Source: Acidimicrobiales bacterium (GTDB lineage Bacteria > Actinomycetota > Acidimicrobiia > Acidimicrobiales > SZUA-35). Taken from it: 64,000 nt of DNA. Location of the stretch: the NCBI GenBank assembly GCA_047974625.1, contig JBKECK010000054.1:4988-68987 (forward strand). Reading direction: 5' to 3'. A program made the translations under genes and the position numbers. Under the pieces are notes generated by a model. It saw nothing but the letters and a program-made list of their open reading frames with translations, did not search any database and was not told the DNA's origin. Of this stretch, positions 1-8,226 are shown piece after piece. The stretch's first letter is position 1; each line of letters starts with the position of its first letter.

Positions 1-358
1 ACCAGCGGGTGCCGGGGAACCGGTAGGCGGTGGTCAGCCAGGCCAGGCCGGCGCCCAGCACCAGGGTGCCCAGGCTGACCCCTAGGAGGAGGACGGCGGT
101 GGACACCAGCTGGCCGGGAAGCCGGGTGTCCCACTGCTGACGCCACACCTCCACCTGCGGGTTCACCACACTGACGGCCACGAAGGCCACCGGGGCCACC
201 ACCAGCACGGCGGTGACCCAGGCCAGGGCCGGCCACCCGGCCGCGCTCAGCCGGTCGCCGGCGTCCAGCGACACGGGGCCGGCCGGGACCGGGTCCGGGA
301 CGAGCCGTGGTGGTTCCGCCCCGGCGGGTGGAGCGGCGGGCGCGGGGCCGGCCGCCAC
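1..358 (-). CDS. Iron(III)-type ABC transporter permease, N-terminal part (gene runs off the left edge)
   Basis: Not in the ORF track because it is open at the window edge. My translation of the minus strand from GTG 274 gives VSLDAGDRLSAAGWPALAWVTAVLVVAPVAFVAVSVVNPQVEVWRQQWDTRLPGQLVSTAVLLLGVSLGTLVLGAGLAWLTTAYRFPGTRW. These are hydrophobic TM segments as in FbpB/AfuB-type permeases, directly downstream of the Fe3+ binding-protein gene. An in-frame GTG at 358 lies 1 nt after that gene's stop; the alternative start is 274. Confidence 0.6.
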   Translation of the reverse strand, partial: MAAGPAPAAPPAGAEPPRLVPDPVPAGPVSLDAGDRLSAAGWPALAWVTAVLVVAPVAFVAVSVVNPQVEVWRQQWDTRLPGQLVSTAVLLLGVSLGTLVLGAGLAWLTTAYRFPGTRW

Positions 359-359
359 C

Positions 360-1397
360 TCAGCCGTACCCGGCCTCGTCCATCAGGAGAACGGCCTCGG
401 GATTCAGCGAACCGAACTCGGCCGCGTTGAGCGAGTCCCGCACGAAGTCGGTGCCGAATCGTTCGGCGATGAGCGGCTCGGGCGGGACGGTCGGGTTGAC
501 CGGGTATTCGTGGTTGCCGTCCACGAAGGTGCCCTGGCCGTCGGTGGCCAGCCACTCCAGGAGCTGGCGGGCCAGATCGGGGTCGTCGGCGTGGGCGGTG
601 ACCCCGCCTCCGGAGATGTTGACGTGGACACCCCGGCCCGTCTGTTCGGCCCACACCAGACCGACCGGGAACGCCGGGTCCTCCTCGTACTTGCGGGCCA
701 GGTAGTAGTGGTTGGTGATCCCCACCTCGCACTCACCGGCGGCGAGGGAGTCGAGGATCAGGGTGTCGTTGGCCATGATCTCGGCGTTGTCCGCCCAGCC
801 GGTGACCACCCGCAACGCCTCGTCCTCACCGTCGTTGGCGATCAGGCTGGCCACCAGGGACTGGGTGTACACGTTGGTGGAGTCCCGCAGGCAGACCCGG
901 CCCGCCCACTCCGGCCCGGCCAGCTCCTCGTAGGTGGTGGGCACCTGGTTCTCGGTCAGGGCCTCGGTGTTGTACACGATGGTGCGGGCCCGCAGGGCCA
1001 GGCCGTACCACTGGCCGTCGGGGTCGCGGTACTCGGCCGGCACCGCCTCGTCCAGAACGTCGGACTGGAGGGGCGCGAACAGGCCCTGTTCGGCGGCCAT
1101 GGCCAGGTTCCCGGCGTCGACGGTGATGTAGACGTCGGCCTCGGTCTCCTCGCCCTCGGCGGCGATCCGCTCCCGGAGTTCGGCGTCGCTGCCGGTCAGG
1201 AACTCCACCGAGATGCCCGTCTCCTCCGAGAAGTCGAGGAAGGCCTGTTCCACGTCGTAGTGGCGCCCGGAGTAGACCCGGATGGTCTGGCCGTCGTCGC
1301 CCCCGGAGCAACCGGCCATCACGGCCAGGGTGGACCCCACGGCCAGGAGCCGGGCCAGGCGCCGGCCCCGTCCCCGGCGGCCCGACCGAAGCGACAT
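360..1397 (-). CDS. Fe3+ ABC transporter substrate-binding lipoprotein (FbpA/AfuA-like)
   Basis: ORF 360..1421(-). ATG 1397 gives MSLRSGRRGRGRRLARLLAVGSTLAVMAGCSGG, a signal peptide plus lipobox Cys. The body (IRVYSGRHYD, TNHYYLAR, VNISGGGV) is typical of iron(III)-binding proteins, and a permease gene follows. Confidence 0.85.
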   Translation of the reverse strand: MSLRSGRRGRGRRLARLLAVGSTLAVMAGCSGGDDGQTIRVYSGRHYDVEQAFLDFSEETGISVEFLTGSDAELRERIAAEGEETEADVYITVDAGNLAMAAEQGLFAPLQSDVLDEAVPAEYRDPDGQWYGLALRARTIVYNTEALTENQVPTTYEELAGPEWAGRVCLRDSTNVYTQSLVASLIANDGEDEALRVVTGWADNAEIMANDTLILDSLAAGECEVGITNHYYLARKYEEDPAFPVGLVWAEQTGRGVHVNISGGGVTAHADDPDLARQLLEWLATDGQGTFVDGNHEYPVNPTVPPEPLIAERFGTDFVRDSLNAAEFGSLNPEAVLLMDEAGYG

Positions 1398-1409
1398 GGA
1401 TGGGGGTGA

Positions 1410-1441
1410 GATCACGGCCAAAATCTACCGATGCCGTGATC
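1410..1441. promoter_or_regulatory. Inverted repeat GATCACGGC-N14-GCCGTGATC in a divergent control region
   Basis: Seen directly: 1410-1418 is the exact reverse complement of 1433-1441. The repeat sits inside the 84-bp spacer between ATG 1397 (minus) and ATG 1482 (plus). Its role (operator or 5'-UTR stem) is unknown. Confidence 0.3.
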
Positions 1442-1481
1442 CCTTGCCAACTTATGTTCGCTGTACCTAACCTCAGGCCCG

Positions 1482-2504
1482 ATGGTCTTCGGCTCCCAGC
1501 TCCCCCATACGCCGCTCACCGTCCTGGTGACCGGCGGTGCCGGTTTCATCGGTGCGGTGGTGTGCGAACACCTGATGGCGGCCGGCCACCGGGTGATCAC
1601 CGCCGACCGGGGTACCGAACCCCGGCACGAGCGGGCCCGGAGCCGGCTGGCCGGGGCCCACCACCTCGTGGGCGATCTCGGGGTGGCCTCGGGCGGGATG
1701 GGCGGTGGACGCCCAGGCGTCGACCTGCCCGGTCTGCTCGGCTCAGTCGACCGGGTGGTCCACCTGGCCGGCCGGCCCGGGGTCCAGACCAGTTGGGGGA
1801 CCGGGTTCCGGGGTCATGTGGACGACAACCTGGTTGTGACCCAGGGTTTGCTGGAGGCCGCCTCCGAGGCGGGGGTGGATCGGGTGGTGGTGGCCTCGTC
1901 CAGCTCGGTCTACGGCCAGATCGCCACCGGCCGGGCCTCCGAGGACGTCCCCCTGCGGCCGCGCAGCCCCTACGGGGTGGCCAAGGCCGGGGTCGAGCAG
2001 CTGGTGGGGGTGTACGCCGGGCTTGGGTTGTCGGCGGTGGCCCTGCGGTACTTCACCGCCTACGGGCGGGGTCAGCGGCCAGACATGGCGGTGGCCCGGA
2101 TGATCGCCGCCACCCGGGGCGGACCCCCGTTCCCGGTGCGGGCGCCCGGCCGCCAGCAGCGCGACCTGACCCATGTCGACGATGTGGCCGCGGCCACCGT
2201 GGCCGCCCTGTTCGCCGACCTGCCCCCGGGGTGGGTAGCCAACGTCGGCTCGGGCCGGTCGGTCGCGTTGGGCGAGATCCTGCGGCGGGTGGCCGTGGCC
2301 ACGGGTCGACGGGTGCCTACCGTGGCCGTCCCGGCGGCCCCGGGCGATCCGGACCGCACCGCGGCCGACATCTCGCGGGCGGGGAGGGATCTCGGATGGC
2401 GGCCCCGGGTGGACCTGGCGGCAGGCCTGGACGACCAGGTGGCAGCGGCAGGCCGGGACGACCAGGTGCCGGCGACGGCGCCCCGCCTCGGTCGGACGGC
2501 GTGA
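1482..2504 (+). CDS. NAD-dependent epimerase/dehydratase (extended SDR, UDP-sugar 4-epimerase-like)
   Basis: VLVTGGAGFIG (GxxGxxG), ASSSSVYG and SPYGVAKAGVE (YxxxK) are present. TTGCCA (1444)-N18-TAACCT (1468) promoter-like hexamers end 8 nt before the ATG. Confidence 0.85.
   Translation: MVFGSQLPHTPLTVLVTGGAGFIGAVVCEHLMAAGHRVITADRGTEPRHERARSRLAGAHHLVGDLGVASGGMGGGRPGVDLPGLLGSVDRVVHLAGRPGVQTSWGTGFRGHVDDNLVVTQGLLEAASEAGVDRVVVASSSSVYGQIATGRASEDVPLRPRSPYGVAKAGVEQLVGVYAGLGLSAVALRYFTAYGRGQRPDMAVARMIAATRGGPPFPVRAPGRQQRDLTHVDDVAAATVAALFADLPPGWVANVGSGRSVALGEILRRVAVATGRRVPTVAVPAAPGDPDRTAADISRAGRDLGWRPRVDLAAGLDDQVAAAGRDDQVPATAPRLGRTA
2421..2474. repeat. 27-bp in-frame tandem duplication (2 units, 3 mismatches)
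   Basis: Units 2421-2447 and 2448-2474 encode AGLDDQVAA / AGRDDQVPA in the C-terminal tail of the epimerase. Confidence 0.8.
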
Positions 2505-4255
2505 ACCCGGGGCCCGCCGTGGCGGCACTCCCGGCGCCGGACCCCGCCCCGGTCGGCGGTGGTCGGCGGCGGCCGAGGGGCGCCCGGCGACCGTGGCTGG
2601 TGGCGGGGGTGGCCGGGCCGGCGGCCGTGGTCGCCCTGGTGGTGGTGGCACGGACGGTCGACCCCGGCGCGGCGGCGGCCGGGATCCGGGCCGGTCTCGA
2701 CGACCCGGTGGGCCTGGTCGTCATCGCCGGAGCGTTGTTGGCCGCCTTCGGCCTCCGGGCCGTGGCCTGGGCCCTGGTGCTGCCCGGGCTCGGCCGGGCC
2801 CAGGCCTTGGCCGGGATCCATCTGGCCTTAGGGGCCAACCACATCCTGCCGCTCCGGCTCGGGGAACCGCTGCGGGTCGTGTCGGTGGTGCGCCGGGCTC
2901 GGATCCCGGCCGGTCCGGCCACCGCGTCCACGGTGACCCTACGGTCGGCCGACCTGGTCGCCCTGGCCGGCCTGGGCCTGGTGGCCGCCCCGGGGGTGAT
3001 GTGGTCCCTGGCCGGAGCCTGGGGGGCGGCCGGGCTGGTGGCGGTGGCCGTGGGGGGGGCCGTCGGTCTGGTGGGGCTGGTCCGCATGTCGAGGGCGGGG
3101 CACGGGGTCCGGCCGCCGGGCCCCGCCCTCGTGGCCCTGGTGGTGGCGGCCTGGTTGGCCGAGGCGGTGGTGGTGTGGCGGGTGATCGGCTGGTTCGGGG
3201 TGGAACTCGAGCCGGCCACCGCCGTGGTGATCCTGGCCGCGGCGGTGTCGGTGCAGGTGGTGGCGGTGACCCCGGGCGGGATCGGCACCTACGAGGCGGC
3301 GGCGGCCGCGGCCCTGGTGACGACCACGGGGATGAGGCTGGGCGAGGCCCTGGCGGCCGCCCTGGTCCTGCACGGAGTCAAGACGGCGTACAGCCTGGTG
3401 GCGGGGGCCTCAGCCCTGTTCCTCCCCGCCCCGGGCCTGGTGGGCCGCTGGCGGATGCCGCGCCGCCTGCCCGCCGCTCCCCCACCCCGGCCGGGGCCCG
3501 GCCCGGTTGTGCTGTTCCTCCCGGCCCGCAACGAGGGTCCCCGGATCGGGCCGGTGGTGGCCGCCGCCCCCACCACCGTGGCCGGCCGCCCGGTCGAGGT
3601 GATCGTGGTCGACGACGGCAGCCGTGACGACACCGCCGAGGTGGCCCGCAACGCCGGGGCCACGGTGGTGACCAACCGCGGCCCGCATGGGTTGGGCGCC
3701 GCGGTCCGTTGCGGCCTGGCCGCGGCGACCGGGCGGGGGGCGGCGGCCGTGGCCTTCTGCGACGCCGACGGGGAGTACGACGCCGCCCAGCTGGCCGACC
3801 TGGTCGCCCCGATCCTGGCCGGCGACGCCCACTATGTGGTGGGGTCCCGGTTCGGGGGCGAGATCGGCCGGATGCTCCCGCACCGCCGGTTCGGCAATCG
3901 GACCCTGACCCTGGTGGTGCGGTGGCTGACCCGCCGGCCGATCACCGACGGCCAGTCCGGTTACCGGGCCTTCTCGGCTGAGGCGGCGGCCGCGGCCGTG
4001 GTGGCGCACGACTACAACTACGCCCAGGTGCTCACCGTCGACCTGCTGGCCCGCGGCTTCGGCTACCACGAGGTCCCCATCCGGTACACCTTCCGGGAGT
4101 CCGGCCGTTCCTTCGTCCGCCTCGGCCCTTATCTGCGGCGGGTGGTGCCCACAGTCTGGGCCCAACTCCAGAATCTGCCGGTGACGGCTGAGCTGGTCCA
4201 CGGTGATCTTGTCGAGGGGGCGGCCGGTAGGAACCGAACCCGTCAGGCCCGCTAG
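2501..4255 (+). CDS. Fusion protein: flippase-like multi-TM domain (lysyl-PG-synthase TM / UPF0104 type) + family 2 glycosyltransferase
   Basis: This is the second part of ORF 1400..4255. GTG 2501 overlaps the epimerase stop (GTGA). The N-terminal ~330 aa is multi-TM and ends in VTPGGIGTYEAAAAAAL. The C-terminal ~250 aa carries GT2 motifs (VEVIVVDDGSRDDT, FCDADGEY, QSGYRAF). Confidence 0.75.
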   Translation: MNPGPAVAALPAPDPAPVGGGRRRPRGARRPWLVAGVAGPAAVVALVVVARTVDPGAAAAGIRAGLDDPVGLVVIAGALLAAFGLRAVAWALVLPGLGRAQALAGIHLALGANHILPLRLGEPLRVVSVVRRARIPAGPATASTVTLRSADLVALAGLGLVAAPGVMWSLAGAWGAAGLVAVAVGGAVGLVGLVRMSRAGHGVRPPGPALVALVVAAWLAEAVVVWRVIGWFGVELEPATAVVILAAAVSVQVVAVTPGGIGTYEAAAAAALVTTTGMRLGEALAAALVLHGVKTAYSLVAGASALFLPAPGLVGRWRMPRRLPAAPPPRPGPGPVVLFLPARNEGPRIGPVVAAAPTTVAGRPVEVIVVDDGSRDDTAEVARNAGATVVTNRGPHGLGAAVRCGLAAATGRGAAAVAFCDADGEYDAAQLADLVAPILAGDAHYVVGSRFGGEIGRMLPHRRFGNRTLTLVVRWLTRRPITDGQSGYRAFSAEAAAAAVVAHDYNYAQVLTVDLLARGFGYHEVPIRYTFRESGRSFVRLGPYLRRVVPTVWAQLQNLPVTAELVHGDLVEGAAGRNRTRQAR

Positions 4256-4265
4256 CTTGGCCCGT

Positions 4266-5453
4266 ATGGCCCCACCCTCCGACGCCGGCGTGCCCGCTCC
4301 CCCCGCCCACCCCTTCGACAAGATCACCGTGGACCAGCTCCAAGCCACCGGTGGCATGAAGTGGAACCGGTACGGGCCCGGGGTCATCGGTGCCTTCGTG
4401 GCCGAGATGGACTTCGGGACCGACCCGGCGATCACCGAAGCCCTCCACGCCGACATCGACACCGGCACCCTCGGGTACCTGCCGGCCGCTCTCCGCGACG
4501 GTCTGGCCCGGGCCACCGCCGACTTCATGGCCGACCGGCACGGGTGGACGCCCCGCTCGGAGTGGATTCACCCGATCCCGGACGTCATCCGCGGCTTCCA
4601 GGTGGCCATCGAGCACTTCTCCGCTCCGGGCAGTGCCGTGGTGCTCCCGACCCCGGCGTACATGCCCTTCTTGTCCGTTCCGCCCCAGCTCGGCCGGGAG
4701 ATCATCACGGTGCCGATGCCGGTGGTGGACGGGCGCTACGTGATGGACCTGGACGGGATCGACCGGGCCCTGGCCGGCCGGGGCGACCTGGTGGTGCTGT
4801 GCAATCCGCAGAACCCGACCGGTCGGGTGTTCGAGGCCGACGAGCTCGCCGCCCTGGCCGCGGTGGTCGAGGCCCGGGGCGGTCGGGTCTTCGCGGATGA
4901 GATCCACGCCCCGCTCGTGTACGGCCCGCGCCGGCACGTGCCCTACGCCTCGGTGTCGGCGGCGGCGGCCGACCATTCGGTAACGGCCACCTCGGCCTCC
5001 AAGGCCTGGAACCTGCCGGGCCTCAAGGCGGCCCAGCTCCTGCTCACCAACGAGGCCGACGCCGACCGCTGGGCCGAGATCGGCTTCCTAGCCGGTCACG
5101 GCGCCAGCAACCTCGGGGTGGTCGCCAACACCGTCGCCTACCGGGACGGGGGCCCGTGGCTGGCCGAGGTCCTCGACTACCTCGACACCAGCCGGCACCA
5201 CCTGGTCGATCTGGTGGCCGCCCACCTTCCGGGGGTCACGATGCACCTCCCCGAGGGGACCTACCTGGCCTGGATCGACGTCCGCCACCTGGACCTGGGC
5301 GACCGGCCCGCCGACACCTTCCTGGATCGCGCCGGGGTGGCCCTCGTCGACGGCAGCCGGTGCGGGGTCCCCGGTTACGTCCGGATCAACTTCGCCACCC
5401 CGCGACCGATCCTGGCCGAAACGGTCGAACGCATGGGGGCCGCCGCCGGCTGA
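4266..5453 (+). CDS. PLP-dependent aminotransferase class I/II, MalY/PatB-type C-S lyase-like
   Basis: ORF 4203..5453, ATG at 4266. VLCNPQNPTG is present, with the PLP-lysine context TSASKAWNLPGLK. Confidence 0.8.
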   Translation: MAPPSDAGVPAPPAHPFDKITVDQLQATGGMKWNRYGPGVIGAFVAEMDFGTDPAITEALHADIDTGTLGYLPAALRDGLARATADFMADRHGWTPRSEWIHPIPDVIRGFQVAIEHFSAPGSAVVLPTPAYMPFLSVPPQLGREIITVPMPVVDGRYVMDLDGIDRALAGRGDLVVLCNPQNPTGRVFEADELAALAAVVEARGGRVFADEIHAPLVYGPRRHVPYASVSAAAADHSVTATSASKAWNLPGLKAAQLLLTNEADADRWAEIGFLAGHGASNLGVVANTVAYRDGGPWLAEVLDYLDTSRHHLVDLVAAHLPGVTMHLPEGTYLAWIDVRHLDLGDRPADTFLDRAGVALVDGSRCGVPGYVRINFATPRPILAETVERMGAAAG

Positions 5454-5467
5454 GCGGGCCGGGCTGG

Positions 5468-6214
5468 TCAGAGCTGGATCCCGCTGGTGGCCCCACCGTC
5501 CACCAGCACGTTGGCGCCGGTCATGAAACTGGCCCGGGGACTGGCCACGAAGGCGACCACGTCGCCGATCTCCTCGGGCCGGCCCATGCGCCGCAGGGGG
5601 TTCTGGCGCAATACCCCCTGGTACAGCTTCGGGTTGTCTTGCTCGGCCCGTTCCCAGTTGCCGCCGGGGAAGTAGATGTCGCCGGGGGACACCACATTGA
5701 CCCGGATCCCTCGGCGGGCCACCTCGAGGGCCAGGGACTTGGCCATGCTCACCGTGGCCGCCTTCACCGCCGCGTAGGCCCCCATCCACGGCACACCGAT
5801 ACTCCCCGCCCGGGAGCCGATGCAGACCACGTTGGCGTCCCGGTGGTCGTCCATACGGTCGAACCCGGCCCGGATCAGGGCGTGGGCGGCGTCGATGTCC
5901 ACCTCGAAGGACCGCCGGTAATCCTGACCGGCCTGGGCGCTCACGTTGGACACGATGACGTCCAGACCGCCGAGGGTGTCGGCGGTCCAGGCCACCAGGT
6001 CGGCGGGCACCGACGGGTCGGCCAGGTCGGCCACCCGGGTGTGCACCTCACCGACCGTCTCCAGGTCGCGGGCGGCCGCCGCCAGGTCGTCGGCTCCACG
6101 GGCACAGATCACGACCCGGGCCCCTTCGGTGAGCAGGGACCGGGCGATGGCCCGGCCGATGCCCTTGCTGGCGCCGGTGACGATGACACGGCGGCCCTCC
6201 AGTCCCAGGTCCAT
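5468..6214 (-). CDS. SDR family oxidoreductase
   Basis: RVIVTGASKGIGRAIA cofactor motif and YAAVKAA (YxxxK); 248 aa. Confidence 0.85.
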   Translation of the reverse strand: MDLGLEGRRVIVTGASKGIGRAIARSLLTEGARVVICARGADDLAAAARDLETVGEVHTRVADLADPSVPADLVAWTADTLGGLDVIVSNVSAQAGQDYRRSFEVDIDAAHALIRAGFDRMDDHRDANVVCIGSRAGSIGVPWMGAYAAVKAATVSMAKSLALEVARRGIRVNVVSPGDIYFPGGNWERAEQDNPKLYQGVLRQNPLRRMGRPEEIGDVVAFVASPRASFMTGANVLVDGGATSGIQL

Positions 6215-6756
6215 CAGTGATCTCCCGTCTCGCCGGTCGGTGCGGCGCGGTGGTGATCGGCCATCTCGGCGATCAGGTCGGTCTGTGAGCCCGCCTCCGG
6301 CCCGGCACCCGGTCGGTGCCGGGCCACCAGGTCCAGAGCGCTGGCCGGGTCCGCCCCGCCGGCCAGAAGCACGGCGACGGCCATCGTGCCGGCCCGGCCG
6401 ATGCCGGCCCCGCAGTGCACGATGATCCCGTCGCCCCGGTCGAGCCGGCCGACCAGGTCATCGACGAGGGCCGAGGTCTCGGCCATCGACCTTACGCTGA
6501 GGTCAGGGGTGGGGAACCAGAGGGCCTGGTCGTCGGGCCGGGCCGCCAACCAGGCGGCGTAGTCGGGGTAACGGCCGTCGATCTCGTGCGGTTGGCACAG
6601 GCAGACGATCGTGTCCGCCCCCACCCGGCCCAGGAGGGCGTCGGGGTCGGGGCCGACGGCGTGCTTACCGCACAGCCACAGCCGCCCCGGCCGTCCGGGG
6701 ATAGGGATCTCGTCGATCCCCCCGTCGCGGGCGCGCCCTCTCGGCCATCCGGTCAC
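6214..6756 (-). CDS. Protein tyrosine / dual-specificity phosphatase
   Basis: VHCGAGIGRAG is a CX5R P-loop. GTG start. The stop shares 1 nt with the SDR ATG (TGATG). Confidence 0.75.
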   Translation of the reverse strand: MTGWPRGRARDGGIDEIPIPGRPGRLWLCGKHAVGPDPDALLGRVGADTIVCLCQPHEIDGRYPDYAAWLAARPDDQALWFPTPDLSVRSMAETSALVDDLVGRLDRGDGIIVHCGAGIGRAGTMAVAVLLAGGADPASALDLVARHRPGAGPEAGSQTDLIAEMADHHRAAPTGETGDH

Positions 6757-6797
6757 GGCGGCAGGCTAGCGGCTCGCCGCCGACCGGGCCCGCCGGC

Positions 6798-7535
6798 TCA
6801 TTCGCCTCGGAAGGCGGCGGGTCGCCCTTCCGCCCGGGCGGCCAGACCTTCCCGCAGGTCGTGGCTCTGCCAACACGCCTCGAACGCCTTCAGCACCTCG
6901 GGGGTGTCGAGGTCCGGGGCCGCGGCGTTGGCCGCCTCCTTGATGTACCGGATGGTGAGGGGGGCCATGGTGGCCATGTCGGCGGCCAGGGCTACCGCGT
7001 CGTCGAGGGCACCGGCCTTGTCGGCCAAGCCCACCCGGAGGGCCGCGTCCCGGTCGATCGTGGTGCAGCTGAGGAGCAGGTGCCGGGCTGGGCCGTTGCC
7101 GGTGAGTCCCACGAGCCGGCTGATCGTCCAGGGGTCCACGGCCAGGCCGAGTCGGGCTGTCGGCACGGCGAACCGGGCGTCGGGTCCGGCGACCCGGAGG
7201 TCCGAGGCGATGGCCAGTTGGAGGCCGGCCCCGATGGCGTGACCGTTAATGGCGGCCACCACGGGGATCGGGGCGTTGACGATGGTGCGGAGCATGGTGT
7301 GGAGTGCCGGCCCGAACCCGTCTCCGGTCACGCCGCCGAAGTCGGCCCCGGCGCAGAACGCCGACCCCGACCCGGTGATCACCAGGGCCCGGTCCCCCGC
7401 CTCGACGCGGGCCTTCACGGCCGCGGCCAGGCCGGTGCAGTGTTCGATGTCGAGCGCGTTCCGTCGGTCGGCGCGGGCCAGGGTGATGACGCTGGCGCCG
7501 GGACCGGACGTCGGGATGGGGTCGACCTGGATCAT
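6798..7535 (-). CDS. Enoyl-CoA hydratase/isomerase (crotonase) family protein
   Basis: ORF 6798..7817(-); the real start is probably ATG 7535 (MIQVDPIP...). Crotonase motifs GSGSAFCAGADF and INGHAIGAGLQLA are present. Confidence 0.85.
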   Translation of the reverse strand: MIQVDPIPTSGPGASVITLARADRRNALDIEHCTGLAAAVKARVEAGDRALVITGSGSAFCAGADFGGVTGDGFGPALHTMLRTIVNAPIPVVAAINGHAIGAGLQLAIASDLRVAGPDARFAVPTARLGLAVDPWTISRLVGLTGNGPARHLLLSCTTIDRDAALRVGLADKAGALDDAVALAADMATMAPLTIRYIKEAANAAAPDLDTPEVLKAFEACWQSHDLREGLAARAEGRPAAFRGE

Positions 7536-7626
7536 CCGACCATCGAACCACGGTCGCCTCGCCGGTGGCGACCTGCGACGCACCGGGTCGTTCGACTCCC
7601 CCTGAGTGGAGTCGCTCAAGAGGGGG

Positions 7627-8226
7627 ATGATCGGCGTCGATGACGACGTCATGTCGGCTGAGCGTGGTGCCGCGCTGGTGGAGACGGCCCTGATGGCCCC
7701 GTTCCTTCTACTGTTGACCTTGGGCGTCGTCGAGGTCGGCGTGGCCTGGCAGAAGCAGACCACGGTGCAGTACGCGTCCAGGGCGGCTGCGGTGGCTGGT
7801 TTCGCGGCCGGGAACACCCCGGATCACGATGCCCAGATGATCCAGGCCCTGATGCGCGATCTGCGGGGCCGTGGCGTGGACGAGGTCGACTGGATGGTCG
7901 TCTTCGACGCGGACCGGTACGACGAGGTGCCGGTGCGCTGCCTGACGCCGGAGGCGATGCGGGACGGTGGGGTCGACGGGGTGTGTGTCACCTATCCCAC
8001 CTCGGTCGTGGACGAGGTGGCCGCCGGCGGGGCCACCTTCAGCGGATCATGCTCGAACCGGCCCGATCGGCGGTGGTGTGCCACAGACCGGCTCAAGTCG
8101 CGGGGTTGGAAGGTTGGGGTGGGGTTCTCGGCCACCGAGCAGAGCCTGACCCGTTTCGTGCCCGGATTCGACCAGTACACCGTCGCCGACACCGTGATCA
8201 TCAAGGAACAGGCCCGTCATGGATAG
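7627..8226 (+). CDS. TadE-like pseudopilin / pilus-assembly protein
   Basis: The N-terminus AERGAALVETALMAPFLLLLTLGVVEVG is the TadE-like motif (ERGxxxVExAL + hydrophobic helix). Start is uncertain (7606 GTG, 7627 ATG with AAGAGG upstream, or 7651 ATG). Confidence 0.7.
   Translation: MIGVDDDVMSAERGAALVETALMAPFLLLLTLGVVEVGVAWQKQTTVQYASRAAAVAGFAAGNTPDHDAQMIQALMRDLRGRGVDEVDWMVVFDADRYDEVPVRCLTPEAMRDGGVDGVCVTYPTSVVDEVAAGGATFSGSCSNRPDRRWCATDRLKSRGWKVGVGFSATEQSLTRFVPGFDQYTVADTVIIKEQARHG

Noticed and set aside
213-1409. 398-aa plus-strand ORF
   Set aside because: It is antisense to the Fe3+ binding-protein gene, with a Gly/Val/His/Asp-rich repetitive translation and no recognisable motif.
1457-1475. 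IdeR/DtxR iron box in front of the Fe3+ uptake genes
   Set aside because: The best alignment to TTAGGTTAGGCTAACCTAA gives about 12 of 19 matches by my count, with the left half essentially absent.
1400-2500. First ~365 codons of the 951-aa ORF 1400..4255
   Set aside because: This stretch overlaps the well-supported epimerase gene in another frame, and the translation is Arg/Pro/Gly-rich. The credible protein starts at GTG 2501, coupled to the epimerase stop.
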